From an uncultured Acidobacteriota bacterium (GTDB taxonomy: Bacteria > Acidobacteriota > Blastocatellia > RBC074), in assembly GCA_963796275.1 (NCBI GenBank), contig CAWCKY010000002.1, forward strand, positions 64,001 through 128,000: DNA of 64,000 nucleotides, in the 5' to 3' direction. Positions 10,099 through 20,160 of the stretch are shown here, piece by piece; within the stretch, counting starts at the first letter, position 1, and each line of letters starts with the position of its first letter. A program made the translations under genes and the position numbers. Below the pieces are notes generated by a model, which saw nothing but the letters and a program-made list of their open reading frames with translations, did no database searches and had not been told where the DNA came from.

Positions 10099-10904
10099 GC
10101 AATTCAATTAATAGCATGAAAGTAGTACAAGGAATGTCTCGGTGTCTCTGCCTGATAGTTTTGCTGTCGACCTGCGGCGCACTCTCCGCACAGAACGAAG
10201 ACCGTCGCATCCGGAATATTGTTCTCGTTCACGGGGCCTGGGCAGATGGTTCCGGCTGGAAGGGCGTTTACGACATTCTTGTCAAAGATGGCTACAACGT
10301 CAGCATCGTCCAGGAGCCGGAGACATCCTTTAAAGATGACGTGGCCGCGACGAAACGCATACTTGCTCAACAAGATGGACCATGCATTCTTGTCGCTCAT
10401 AGTTATGGAGGATCGGTAATCACTGAAGCCGGAACGGATCCGTCGGTTGCCGGTTTGGTATATGTCGCAGCTCACATGCCTGATGTTGGAGAAAATGAGG
10501 CTGACAACGGAAAACGCTTCCCAAGTGACATCAGCAAGTCTACCGCGATTAAGAAGACGGCTGACGATTTCACTTATCTAGACCCCGCGCAGTTTCATGA
10601 GTACTTCGCAGCCGACCTGTCTGCTGAACAGACTGCTTTCATGGCGCGATCGCAGGTACTCAATGCCGCTGACAATTTCAAAGGGGTCATTACGACGCCT
10701 GCGTGGAGAAGTAAACCGAGTTGGATGGTGGTACCCACAAAAGACAGAATAATCAACCCTGACCTCGAACGGTGGTATGCTACACGAGCTAACAGTCGCA
10801 AGGTTGAAGTACAAGGCGCCAGCCACTCGGTCTACATCTCCCGGCCGAAGGAGGTTGCAGCCGTGATCGAAGAAGCTGCTTCGCATGCCAGCCGATTGCG
10901 ATGA
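10095..10904 (+). CDS. Secreted alpha/beta hydrolase
   Basis: Signal-like N-terminus, VLVHGAWADGS, AHSYGG nucleophile, ASHSVY. Confidence 0.9.
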   Translation: MSNSINSMKVVQGMSRCLCLIVLLSTCGALSAQNEDRRIRNIVLVHGAWADGSGWKGVYDILVKDGYNVSIVQEPETSFKDDVAATKRILAQQDGPCILVAHSYGGSVITEAGTDPSVAGLVYVAAHMPDVGENEADNGKRFPSDISKSTAIKKTADDFTYLDPAQFHEYFAADLSAEQTAFMARSQVLNAADNFKGVITTPAWRSKPSWMVVPTKDRIINPDLERWYATRANSRKVEVQGASHSVYISRPKEVAAVIEEAASHASRLR

Positions 10905-10999
10905 TTACAACTAGATCGTAGAGGGCAGGCACGATGAGTGAAGCGCTCGAAACCCGGACCGGCATCGCGATTCGCCAAATCAGGTGGATAGGTGGAAGA

Positions 11000-11180
11000 C
11001 TGCGTGAGGATCAGGGCGACTACATTTTCTGTAATCCGGACGGATCGCCGTTGAAGCCGGACACGGTCTCGGCCTCCGTGTCGCTTCTATTTCGCAATCT
11101 AAAATCGCCCGAGGGGCCAGCCTGCATACGCTCCGGGACACGCACGGGTCGCGCCTGCTTACTGCGGGCGTGCCGCTACT
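11000..11180 (+). pseudogene. Tyrosine recombinase/integrase remnant 1
   Basis: YIFCNPDGSPLKPDTVS, then after a frameshift GASLHTLRDTHGSRLLTAGVPL (H-x-x-R box). Confidence 0.75.
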
Positions 11181-11511
11181 CTACGAGCGAACAGGAGACG
11201 ATACCAGCTCGATGAGGTCGAACGGATCAGGATTTACATTTTATTCTCTAAGAATCACCCCCATCATCCTTTCATCTTTGAAGCTATTTCTATTTTCAAT
11301 CTCTCCTCGACTGGCAATGACCACCAATGATTGATGCAAACAGCACCTGCGATGAAGCTCGAAATCCGGACTGACGGTGACGGAGCCGGAGATTTGGTGC
11401 CAGCAATTGGAATCAAAGAATTGACCGACTCATCGTATAACTTTCTTCGACTTTTTGCGGCTCTCAGCCTGCGCCATCGACGTTCCACAACGTCCGAAGG
11501 GGAGAACACAA

Positions 11512-11610
11512 ATGGCAGGACTACCCGTACTCGGGGCTACGGGATTCGTCGGTGGAAGCGTCGTGCGTTTGACTCTGGACGAACCAAGAGTCTCTCGGAT
11601 AGTCCTTTGA
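11512..11610 (+). pseudogene. NAD-dependent epimerase-like N-terminal remnant
   Basis: GGGGAG RBS, then MAGLPVLGATGFVGGSVVRLTLDEPRVSRIVL-stop. Confidence 0.5.
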
Positions 11611-12031
11611 CTGCGACGAGTTCTGCCGTGTCTTTGAGCCGCCTCTACGCGCTCTGTTACTGAGTGATGGAAAGCGGCCTGCCATCGGGAATCAACCCTG
11701 AGCGCGAGCGAAGTGATAAAGAAGCGCGTCCGCAGGCTCGATGTAATTGATCATCGGGAGATAAGCTCCGTCCGCTTCGGCCGCGGCGTATACCTCCATA
11801 GCGACTGGGACTAATAGCCGCGGCCGAAGCCATCGGCGAATATATTGCCAAAGCCGCGCTTGCCAGCAGCCCCTCTTCCGGCCCCGGCTCAACTCTCGAA
11901 GTCAAAAGCTTGGCTCAGGGCCGATGAATCCGGTTACAATGTATTTCTTGATTCAGAGCTATCTCGAAAGACTTCTCAGGGCGACAAAAGAAGTCGAGCG
12001 GGCAGATGGAACGAGGCAGAAAGAGTGCGTC

Positions 12032-12160
12032 TACACGCCACACTCTTTAATAGCGACGGGGACCAGGCGGCTCTTGGACGCCGGCGTGGACATTCGCAAA
12101 ATTCAAGAACTGCTCGGGCATAAGCACGTCACGACCACGCAGATTTATGACAAGCGCCGC
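12032..12160 (+). pseudogene. Tyrosine recombinase (XerD-like) C-terminal remnant 2
   Basis: TPHSLIAT...LLDAGVDIRKIQELLGHKHVTTTQIYDKRR; the catalytic Arg of HSLR is replaced by Ile. Confidence 0.85.
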
Positions 12161-12229
12161 GTACAACGGCGGAGAACGCTTCGCAGGATAGCCGATTTAA
12201 GTGAATAGAAAACAGTTGAGGAGGAGAGG

Positions 12230-14041
12230 ATGGAAATTAGCTCCCGGCAGGACCTGGAGCGAGCGCTACAAGAATCGAGGGAGTCGGAGGCGCGGCTCCG
12301 AAAGATCGTCGACACGATTCCAACGCTGGCGTGGTGCAACTTGCCGGATGGTTCCAACGAGTTTGTTAATCAGCGATGGTGCGACTACACGGGTCTCTCT
12401 CCCGAAGAAGTACAACGGGTGGGCTGTAAAGTCGCAATTCATCCCGAAGACCTGCCGAAGTGGCTGGACGAGTGGCGAACGCTAGTAGCCTCTGGAGAAG
12501 GGGGCGAGATCGAAGCGCGCCTCCGCCGTCACGATGGAGCCTACCGCTGGTTCCTCATCCGAGTAGAACCCTTACAAGAAGAGTCCGGCGAGGTCGTCCG
12601 ATGGTATGGAACCAATACCGACATTGACGACCTGAAGCAGACGGAGGAGAAACTACGCGAAGACGAGCGCGAGGTTCGCCGGATTACGGATGCCATCGCA
12701 CAGACAATCGTGGTCCAGAATCCAAGCGGCGTGCCGATCTATGCCAATCAAGCGACTCTCGATTACACCGGGCTCACCATGGACGACGTCGTCTCTTCGG
12801 ACTTTCGTGCGCGAATCTTCCATCCGGAAGATCTCGAGCGGCTTCAAGCCGAGCGGGAAGCGGCGCTTTTACGCGGCCTCCCATTTGAAATAGAACAACG
12901 GACGCTGAGGAAGGATGGCCAGTATCGTTGGTTCCTCATCCAGTACAAGCCATTCCATGACGAACAGGGACGCCTTGTGCGTTGGTATGCGACCGGAACC
13001 GACATCGAGGATCGTAAACGAACCGAAGATAGGACGCGCAGTGAAAACGTTGCTCTGCGAGAAGAGGTTGAGCGCGCTTCTATGTTTGAGGAGATCATCG
13101 GTTCCTCTGATGCGTTGCAACAAGTTCTGGCGCAAGTCTCGAAAGTGGCCCCGACGGATACGACAGTATTGATCCTGGGTGAAACTGGAACCGGAAAGGA
13201 ACTGATTGCTCGCGCCATACACAAGCGATCTGCTCGCAGTTCCCGAGCTTTTATTCGCGTGAATTGCGCGGCAATTCCTCCATCGCTGATCGCCTCCGAG
13301 TTGTTCGGACACGAAAAAGGCGCTTTTACCGGGGCGGTACAACAGCGCATAGGACGTTTTGAGGCGGCTGACGGAGGAACGATATTCCTGGACGAGGTCG
13401 GCGATCTTCCGGCCGAAACTCAAATTGCACTTCTCCGAGTCCTCCAGGAGCGGGAAATTGAGCGCGTTGGGAGCATTAAGCCGATACCTACTGATGTCCG
13501 GGTACTGGCCGCGACCAACCGCGACTTAGATGACGCCGTTGCGGATGGCACATTTCGTAAGGACCTTTTCTATAGACTGAACATTTTTCCCATCCGGATT
13601 CCATCGCTTCGTGAACGAGCCGATGATATTCCCTTGCTGGTTGAGTACTTCATCGAGCGCTACGCGAAGAACGCCGGGAAAAAGATCAGAGGTATTAGCA
13701 AGCAGACACATGACCTGATTCAAAGCTACGAGTGGCCGGGCAACATTCGCGAGCTGCAGAATGTAGTCGAGCGAGCCGTTATTTTGTGTGATGGCGAAAC
13801 CTTCTGTGTGAACGAAACATGGCTCAAGCGGGGAAATCGGCAGCCTTTCGGGCCGACCGTTCTGCTCGCGACGACTCTGGAGGAGCGCGAGCGAGAAGCG
13901 ATTGAAACTGCATTGACAGAAGCCCGTGGCCGAGTGGGTGGGCCTAAAGGAGCGGCCGCAAAGCTTGGCATTCCACGCCAAACCCTCGAGTCAAAAATTA
14001 AGATGCTAGGGATTAACAAATTCCGTTTCAAAACACCGTAA
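12230..14041 (+). CDS. Sigma54-dependent activator: two PAS domains + AAA+ + Fis HTH
   Basis: PAS_3 motifs (IHPEDL, DG.YRWF), [42 protein letters not shown]. Confidence 0.95.
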   Translation: MEISSRQDLERALQESRESEARLRKIVDTIPTLAWCNLPDGSNEFVNQRWCDYTGLSPEEVQRVGCKVAIHPEDLPKWLDEWRTLVASGEGGEIEARLRRHDGAYRWFLIRVEPLQEESGEVVRWYGTNTDIDDLKQTEEKLREDEREVRRITDAIAQTIVVQNPSGVPIYANQATLDYTGLTMDDVVSSDFRARIFHPEDLERLQAEREAALLRGLPFEIEQRTLRKDGQYRWFLIQYKPFHDEQGRLVRWYATGTDIEDRKRTEDRTRSENVALREEVERASMFEEIIGSSDALQQVLAQVSKVAPTDTTVLILGETGTGKELIARAIHKRSARSSRAFIRVNCAAIPPSLIASELFGHEKGAFTGAVQQRIGRFEAADGGTIFLDEVGDLPAETQIALLRVLQEREIERVGSIKPIPTDVRVLAATNRDLDDAVADGTFRKDLFYRLNIFPIRIPSLRERADDIPLLVEYFIERYAKNAGKKIRGISKQTHDLIQSYEWPGNIRELQNVVERAVILCDGETFCVNETWLKRGNRQPFGPTVLLATTLEEREREAIETALTEARGRVGGPKGAAAKLGIPRQTLESKIKMLGINKFRFKTP

Positions 14042-14157
14042 CAGTCAATGTCTTGCCGGAGCCTCACCTTCGTCGAGTTTTTTCAATTCTAGAGCGGGTT
14101 TGTCGAACATCGTAAATTGCTTCTGCCAAGAGGCCACGAATACCTGCGCCTGCGTGG

Positions 14158-14207
14158 TGCCGAAAATTCAGCTAAAGCTGAAAAGAATTTCGGCTAAAGC
14201 TGAAAAA
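14158..14207 (+). promoter_or_regulatory. Candidate upstream activator sequences
   Basis: TTCAGC-TAAA-GCTGAA palindrome and TTCGGC-TAAA-GCTGAA about 22 bp downstream, 50-90 bp before the sigma54 promoter. Confidence 0.6.
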
Positions 14208-14254
14208 ATACTTGAGCAATTTGTCTAAGTGTAATGCATGCAAGAGTCCTGGTG

Positions 14255-14270
14255 TGGCCCTACCCTTGCA
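14255..14270 (+). promoter_or_regulatory. Sigma54 -24/-12 promoter
   Basis: TGGCCCTACCCTTGCA matches TGGCAC-N5-TTGCW with correct GG-N10-GC spacing. Confidence 0.75.
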
Positions 14271-14300
14271 AAAGGTATCCTGGGTTATCGGGGACGCAAA

Positions 14301-14567
14301 ATGACCTTCAAGATTGAAAAGGCTTACAGCGGACAAGTCACAACACTTCGGCTCATTGGGAGATTGAAGTCTGAGTGCCTTGGAGTATTGAAGGAACAAA
14401 TCGAGCACAGCGGTCCTCAAGTTGTATTAGACCTCGCGGAACTTGAACTCGTGGACGTAGAGGTGGTTCGTTTTCTTAACGCCTGCCAGAACGAGGGGGT
14501 GGGAATCGCGAATGGTTCTCCTTACATACGTGAATGGATGCTCCGTGAATGGGAGCCAGGAGCGTAA
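14301..14567 (+). CDS. Small STAS-like protein
   Basis: TLRLIGRL...VVLDLAELELVD...VRFL...SPYIREWM; 88 aa; first gene after the sigma54 promoter. Confidence 0.75.
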   Translation: MTFKIEKAYSGQVTTLRLIGRLKSECLGVLKEQIEHSGPQVVLDLAELELVDVEVVRFLNACQNEGVGIANGSPYIREWMLREWEPGA

Positions 14568-14617
14568 ATATGCAATTGCCAACCCTGCCGGGTGTATGAC
14601 GAAGGAGGAAGGTACAA

Positions 14618-15019
14618 ATGAGTCAATCACAGACAGAGAAAAACAAGGCGCTCGTCCTTGAGGCGTTCGAGACGCTGTTCAATCAGCGGGACTACGAGGC
14701 GGCCGAGCGCTTTTGGTCGCCCAACTATATTCAGCACAGTGCACACATCGAGCCCGGTCGCGAGGGTCTCTTCGATCTCATTAAGAGTATTCCCGCAACA
14801 CTGAAGTATGAAGCGGGCGTGATTGTGGCCGAAGGGGATTTCGTAATCGTCCACGGCCGATTTTCCGGTTTCGGCCAGCCAGTTAACTGGATCGCCGCTG
14901 ACATCCTCCGCATCAAGGATGGTGTTCTCGTCGAGCACTGGGACGTAATTCAAGACGAGGCCTCCCGCGAACAATCTAAGAGCGGCCGGCCAATGTTCGG
15001 AGAGGGATTTCCGAAGTGA
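14618..15019 (+). CDS. SnoaL/NTF2-like protein
   Basis: NKALVL, YIQHS, AEGDFVIVH, VEHWDVIQ. Confidence 0.88.
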   Translation: MSQSQTEKNKALVLEAFETLFNQRDYEAAERFWSPNYIQHSAHIEPGREGLFDLIKSIPATLKYEAGVIVAEGDFVIVHGRFSGFGQPVNWIAADILRIKDGVLVEHWDVIQDEASREQSKSGRPMFGEGFPK

Positions 15020-15040
15020 GCGCTAACGGGAGTAACAACT

Positions 15041-15769
15041 ATGGGCAAATTACAGGGGAAAGTAGCAGTCATCACCGGCGGCTCTACGGGGATAGGGTTG
15101 GCTACGGCAAAGCTCTTCGTCAGGGAGGGCGCCTATGTCTTCATCACGGGCCGTCGCCAGAAAGAACTCGATGAGGCCGTGAAGGCAATCGGCAGCAACA
15201 TTTCTGGCGTTCAGGGAGACGTTGCCAAACTGGCCGACCTTGATCGTCTCTACGAAACCGTCAAGGGAAAGGGGCGAATCGACATCGTTTTCGCCAACGC
15301 CGGCCTGGTTGAAATCGCTCCCTTGAAGGAAGTCACGGAAGAGAATTTCGACAAAATCTTCAACATCAATGTGAAGGGGACGCTCTTCACGGTGCAAAAG
15401 GCCCTACCGCTCTTGAACGACGGCGGATCCATTATTCTCATGGGCTCCGTCGCGAGCGCCAAAGGAACACCCGGGTGGTCGGTCTACGGCGCGAGCAAGG
15501 CCGCCATCCGGAACTTCGCGCGAGGCTGGACCGTGGAGCTGAAGGACCGCCGTATCCGCTCAAACGTCCTCAGCCCCGGTCCGATCGAAACACCACTTGC
15601 CGCGGCGCAGCCTCAAGACGTCATCGCGAGTATTGTGTCCACTATTCCGATGGGCCGCATGGGGGAGCCTGATGAAGTCGCCAAGGCGGCGCTGTTTCTG
15701 GCCTCGGATGACTCCAGTTTCGTCACGGGGATCGAACTATTTGTCGATGGCGGCAGAGCGCAGATCTGA
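15041..15769 (+). CDS. Short-chain dehydrogenase/reductase
   Basis: TGGSTGIG, ANAG, YGASK, SPGPI. Confidence 0.92.
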   Translation: MGKLQGKVAVITGGSTGIGLATAKLFVREGAYVFITGRRQKELDEAVKAIGSNISGVQGDVAKLADLDRLYETVKGKGRIDIVFANAGLVEIAPLKEVTEENFDKIFNINVKGTLFTVQKALPLLNDGGSIILMGSVASAKGTPGWSVYGASKAAIRNFARGWTVELKDRRIRSNVLSPGPIETPLAAAQPQDVIASIVSTIPMGRMGEPDEVAKAALFLASDDSSFVTGIELFVDGGRAQI

Positions 15770-15818
15770 TTAATTATTAGCGGCTAAACAACAACCGAAA
15801 ACAAAGGAAAGACAAAAC

Positions 15819-16574
15819 ATGGGCAACGGAAATGAAAAAGAACTGGCGGGCAAGGTCGCGCTCGTCACTGGCGGTTCGCGTGGCATTGGCGCAGCAATCG
15901 CGAAGCGTCTGGCCGCGGACGGAGCGAGCGTCGCTGTAACTTACTCCAAAGGCGCGGACGCCGCCTCGTCTGTCGTCAAAGCGATCGAACGCGCCGGCGG
16001 CAAGGCGGTCGCGATCCAGGCGGATGCCGCCGACGCCGATGCAGTCAGCAACGCCGTCGAAGGGACGGTCACGACATTTGGCCGGTTAGACGTGCTGGTG
16101 AACAACGCCGGCACGGTCATTCCGATGAAAGTCGAAGAGACGACGCTTGCCGACTTCGACCGCGTTTTTGCGGTCAACGTCCGCGGCGCCTTCGTCGCTA
16201 CTCAGGCAGCGCTCAAGCACATGAAGGCCGGCGGGCGAATAATCATGATTGGCTCGTGCGTCGGCGAGCGCGTGTTTATGCCCGGCATGGCGCCCTACTC
16301 GGCAACTAAGGGAGCCATCAAAATGTTTACGCAAGGGCTGGCGCGTGAGCTCGGAGCGCGCGGCATTACGGTCAATAATGTTCAGCCGGGGCCAATCGAC
16401 ACGGATATGAACCCCGCCTCAGGCGAGTGGGCCGCAGGCCAGAAGGCAGTCGTTCCGCTTGATCGGTATGGACACGCCGACGAGGTCGCAGCGCTGGTAG
16501 CGTTCGTCTCCGGTCCGGAGTCGTCATACGTCAACGGTGCGAGCCTGACAGTCGACGGCGGCACCAACGCCTGA
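15819..16574 (+). CDS. Short-chain dehydrogenase/reductase (FabG-like)
   Basis: TGGSRGIG, NNAG, YSATK, QPGPIDT. Confidence 0.92.
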   Translation: MGNGNEKELAGKVALVTGGSRGIGAAIAKRLAADGASVAVTYSKGADAASSVVKAIERAGGKAVAIQADAADADAVSNAVEGTVTTFGRLDVLVNNAGTVIPMKVEETTLADFDRVFAVNVRGAFVATQAALKHMKAGGRIIMIGSCVGERVFMPGMAPYSATKGAIKMFTQGLARELGARGITVNNVQPGPIDTDMNPASGEWAAGQKAVVPLDRYGHADEVAALVAFVSGPESSYVNGASLTVDGGTNA

Positions 16575-16600
16575 CCGCAACGCAGATGGGAGGGATTCAC

Positions 16601-17536
16601 ATGGTCACTCGGACTGAAGACTATCATTCGGATCACGATGGGGGAACGTTTACTCCGATCGAAGCTACTACGGTAGCGACGTGGAAGGCGCGCACGTTTC
16701 TGGAGAACCTCACGGTCGACGCTGAGGGTGCAGTATTCGTCACCGTCTATTCGCACAATCGCATCGATCGCTACGATCCGGCGACAGGCGCGACGACCAC
16801 ATTCGCGGAGGTTCCGGCGCCGCCCATGGGGCTTGCGTTTGATGCCGGCGGCGTGCTTTGGATGACAGGCGGCACGCTGTATGAGGGGCCTGGGTTTATC
16901 TGGCGAGTCGAGCGGACCGGCGCCGTCCGGCAATGGTGTGAACTTCCGGACGCCACCTTCATAAACGGCTGCACGATGCATCCGAATGGGCGAACGCTTT
17001 TGGCCTGCGAGAGTTCCTCCGGCCATATCCTCGCGATCGATCTTGGCCAACCTGGCCGCTGGGACGTGTGGCTTCAGGGGGATCGACTCAAGCCGATCGT
17101 GCCCAAATATCCGGGGTCGAACGGGATCAAAATCCGCCAGGGCTGGGCGTGGATCAGCGTCTCAGGACGCAGATTATTGGTCCGCGCGCCCATCCAACCG
17201 GATGGCTCCGCCGGCGCTATCGAAATTGCGGCAGGGCGTCTCTGCACCGACGACTTCGCGTTTGGCATGTCCGGTTCGCTCTATATCACCACGCATCCCG
17301 AACACACGCTGGTTCGCCTCGACCCCTCAGGCGCTCGCACAACATTGGCAGGCCCCGAACAAGGTATGGTCGGGAGCACAGCCTGCGCCTTCGGAAGAGC
17401 GCCCGGCGACGAGAAGGCGCTCTATGTAACGACCGATGGCGGCTTTCTGATTCCCCATGAAAGTGGCGTCCAGGACGCCAAGCTCGTACGGATGGAAGTC
17501 GGCGAATCAGGCTGGCCTCTGCTGCAAGGAGTGTAA
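16601..17536 (+). CDS. SMP-30/gluconolactonase-like beta-propeller
   Basis: FLENL, PMGLAFD, FINGC, SNGIK and DDFAF blade repeats. The start may instead be 16586. Confidence 0.8.
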   Translation: MVTRTEDYHSDHDGGTFTPIEATTVATWKARTFLENLTVDAEGAVFVTVYSHNRIDRYDPATGATTTFAEVPAPPMGLAFDAGGVLWMTGGTLYEGPGFIWRVERTGAVRQWCELPDATFINGCTMHPNGRTLLACESSSGHILAIDLGQPGRWDVWLQGDRLKPIVPKYPGSNGIKIRQGWAWISVSGRRLLVRAPIQPDGSAGAIEIAAGRLCTDDFAFGMSGSLYITTHPEHTLVRLDPSGARTTLAGPEQGMVGSTACAFGRAPGDEKALYVTTDGGFLIPHESGVQDAKLVRMEVGESGWPLLQGV

Positions 17537-17544
17537 CAGAAATA

Positions 17545-18480
17545 ATGATACGCATAGCCATCATAGACGATTATCAAAACGCGTCGCTGGAGATGGCCGA
17601 CTGGTCGCCGCTCGACGGGCGCGCCACGATCACCGTTTTCAATGACCATTTGTCCAATATCGACAAAGTTGTCGAGCGCCTCCTGCCATTCGACGTGGTC
17701 TGCATCATGCGCGAGCGCACACCGCTGCCACGGTCCGTCATCGGGCGCTTGCCGCGACTGAAGCTGATCGCATCGACCGGTCCCCGCAACGCGGCCATCG
17801 ATGTGGAGGCCGCGGCCGAACGAGGTATCGTGGTAGCGCATACGGGATACGATGCACGCTCCACCATCGAGATGACCTGGGCCTTGATCCTTGCGAGCGC
17901 GCGTCAGGTCGCATTGGAAAACGCGCATTTGCGCGCCGGCGGCTGGCAGCTCACGATGGGCGACAGTCTCCACGGTAAGACGCTCGGCGTTCTCGGCCTC
18001 GGCAACATTGGCTCGGAGGTTGCGCGAATCGGCCTCGCGTTCGGCATGGAAGTGATCGCCTGGAGCCAGAATCTCACGGCAGATAAGGCGCAAACATGCG
18101 GAGCGCGGCTGGTCTCCAAGGAGGAACTCTTCCGGAACGCTGACATCCTGACGATCCACCTCGTCCTGAGTCAAAGGACGAAGGGGGTGGTTGGAGCGGC
18201 CGAGTTGCAGGCAATGAAGCCATCGGCCAGACTCATCAATACCTCGCGTGGACCGATCGTTGACGAGCCGGCGCTCATCGAGGTTTTGCGTGAACGCCGT
18301 ATCGCTGGCGCGGCGCTCGACGTGTTCAACATCGAGCCCTTGCCGACGGATCACCCGTTCCGGTCGTTGGATAACGTCCTATCCACTCCGCATATCGGTT
18401 ACGTCGCCAGAGACCTCTACCGGATTTTCTTTGGTGATACGGTCAAGAATATCACGCGATGGTTGGCCCAACAGGCCTGA
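17545..18480 (+). CDS. D-2-hydroxyacid dehydrogenase family protein
   Basis: MRERTP, GLGNIG, INTSRG, ALDVF..EP, TPHIGY. Confidence 0.92.
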   Translation: MIRIAIIDDYQNASLEMADWSPLDGRATITVFNDHLSNIDKVVERLLPFDVVCIMRERTPLPRSVIGRLPRLKLIASTGPRNAAIDVEAAAERGIVVAHTGYDARSTIEMTWALILASARQVALENAHLRAGGWQLTMGDSLHGKTLGVLGLGNIGSEVARIGLAFGMEVIAWSQNLTADKAQTCGARLVSKEELFRNADILTIHLVLSQRTKGVVGAAELQAMKPSARLINTSRGPIVDEPALIEVLRERRIAGAALDVFNIEPLPTDHPFRSLDNVLSTPHIGYVARDLYRIFFGDTVKNITRWLAQQA

Positions 18481-18486
18481 GCGATG

Positions 18487-18596
18487 CGAATCGGCAAACC
18501 GGAGGATGTCGCGGACGTAAGTCGCATTCCTGGCGTCAGACGGGGCGCGCTCGATCACGGGAGCGAGTATCCGTCAACGGTGGCTCGAAACTTTAA
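18487..18596 (+). pseudogene. SDR C-terminal remnant
   Basis: RIGKPEDVADV / AFLASDGARSITGASI / VNGG, with indels. Confidence 0.65.
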
Positions 18597-18656
18597 AACC
18601 CTGGCGTCTTGCCAGTGTCAGCAGCAACGGCCTGGATGAAAAAGGAGGAACGGCAA

Positions 18657-19670
18657 ATGGCAAAAATGAAAGTAGTGCAGGTACCGAAGCCGAGGGCGGA
18701 CTTCGAAGTCGTGGAACGTGAAATCCCGGAGCCCGGCTCTGGGCACGTGAGGATTCGCGTTCAAGCCTGTGGACTCTGCACAGCGATGTAATCACCAAGG
18801 AAGGCCTCTATCCCGGCATCTCGTATCCCCGCGTGCCCGGGCACGAGGTGGTGGGTGTAATCAACAAGGTCGGAGCCGGCGTGAAGGACTGGAATAAGGG
18901 CGAACGGGTCGGCGTGGGATGTGGGATGGCGGCCACGACGGCACTTGTCCCGCGTGCGGGAGAGGAGATTTCGTGAACTGCGCGAATGAGAAGGTTTGCG
19001 GAATTAGCTTCGACAGGGGCTATCAGGAATTCATGGTCGCGCCTGTCGAAGCGTTGGCCCGGATGCCCGAATCGCTCGATGCCGCCGAAGCCGCGCCGCT
19101 GATGTGCGCGGGAATTACCACATTCAATCCTCTCCGTCACAGCGGTGCGCTGCTGAGTGATCTTGTCGCCATCCAGGGGATTGGCGGGCTTGGCCACTTG
19201 GGAGTTCAGTTCGCAAAGAAATTCGGCTATCGAGTCGCGGCCATAAGCCGAGGGCTGGACAACGCCGCGCTCGCGAAAAAGCTGGGAGCGGATGTTTATA
19301 TCGATAGCGCCGCAACGGATGCCGCGGCCGAACTACAGAAACTCGGCGGTGCGCGCGCTATTCTTGCTACCTCGCCCGATGGGAAATCTATGTCGGCGCT
19401 GGTCGGCGGCCTGGGGGTGAACGGCACGCTCCTTGTTGTGGGAATCTCGATGGATCCCATTGAAGTGCCGCCCAATCATTTGATTATCGGCAAGAAGCGG
19501 ATCCAGGGCTGGCCGGGTGCATCTCAACCGACTCCGAGGACACGCTGCGCTTCGCGGAAATGACAGGCGTTCGCCCAATGATCGAAAAGTACCCGCTCGC
19601 GAAAGCCGCTCAAGGATACGCTCGGATGATGAGCGGGAAAGCAGAATTCCGCGTCGCTGGTTACATGTGA
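18657..19670 (+). pseudogene. Zinc-dependent alcohol dehydrogenase, several frameshifts
   Basis: ACGLC, PGHEVVG, C..C...D..NC, CAGITT, GIGGLG. Shifts near 18780, 18920 and 19520. Confidence 0.88.
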
Positions 19671-20027
19671 GGTCCAAGCACGCGCAACGAAGGTACGTGC
19701 CATGAGCGCCTAAGGGGGGAGAGGGGATCACACTGCACAGACCCGTCCCAGCGCAGTTTATCCGCTCCTTACCACGATCGTGGTATCCCCACATGCCACG
19801 ACAGTGGTATGGAAAAAGCCCTTGATCTCGTGATGTTTTCTCGGTTCAAATGCCGGATGTTTGGTAAAGCAAAGCTGTCGAAAAGCCGGCACGCTGGCAT
19901 ATAGAAGGCGGCGCATCGTTTTGAAGCGATACCCGTAAAGCGACGATTGAAAGCTTCCGAGTCGCCGACGATTCGGGAACGACGAGGCCGCGGCTTCATG
20001 TTACTTGTGGGGTAATAGGTAACTTCA

Positions 20028-20136
20028 ATGACTGCCCCTAAGCCTATGAACATCTTGAGCGTTGAGGACCACCCGGTTTCATGAAGGACTGAGTATGATC
20101 ATTGGGTCGCAGTCAGATATGCTTCTAGTTGGGCAG
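20028..20136 (+). pseudogene. NarL-type receiver N-terminal remnant
   Basis: MNILSVEDHPVF / EGLSMIIGSQSDMLLVG. Confidence 0.6.
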
Positions 20137-20160
20137 AACGGCTTTCCAGAGGTGTTCGAA

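Noticed and set aside
17422-18354. 310-aa antisense ORF (and similar ones at 3363, 5709, 16382, 58018)
   Set aside because: Antisense or shifted shadows of well-supported genes, expected at this GC content.
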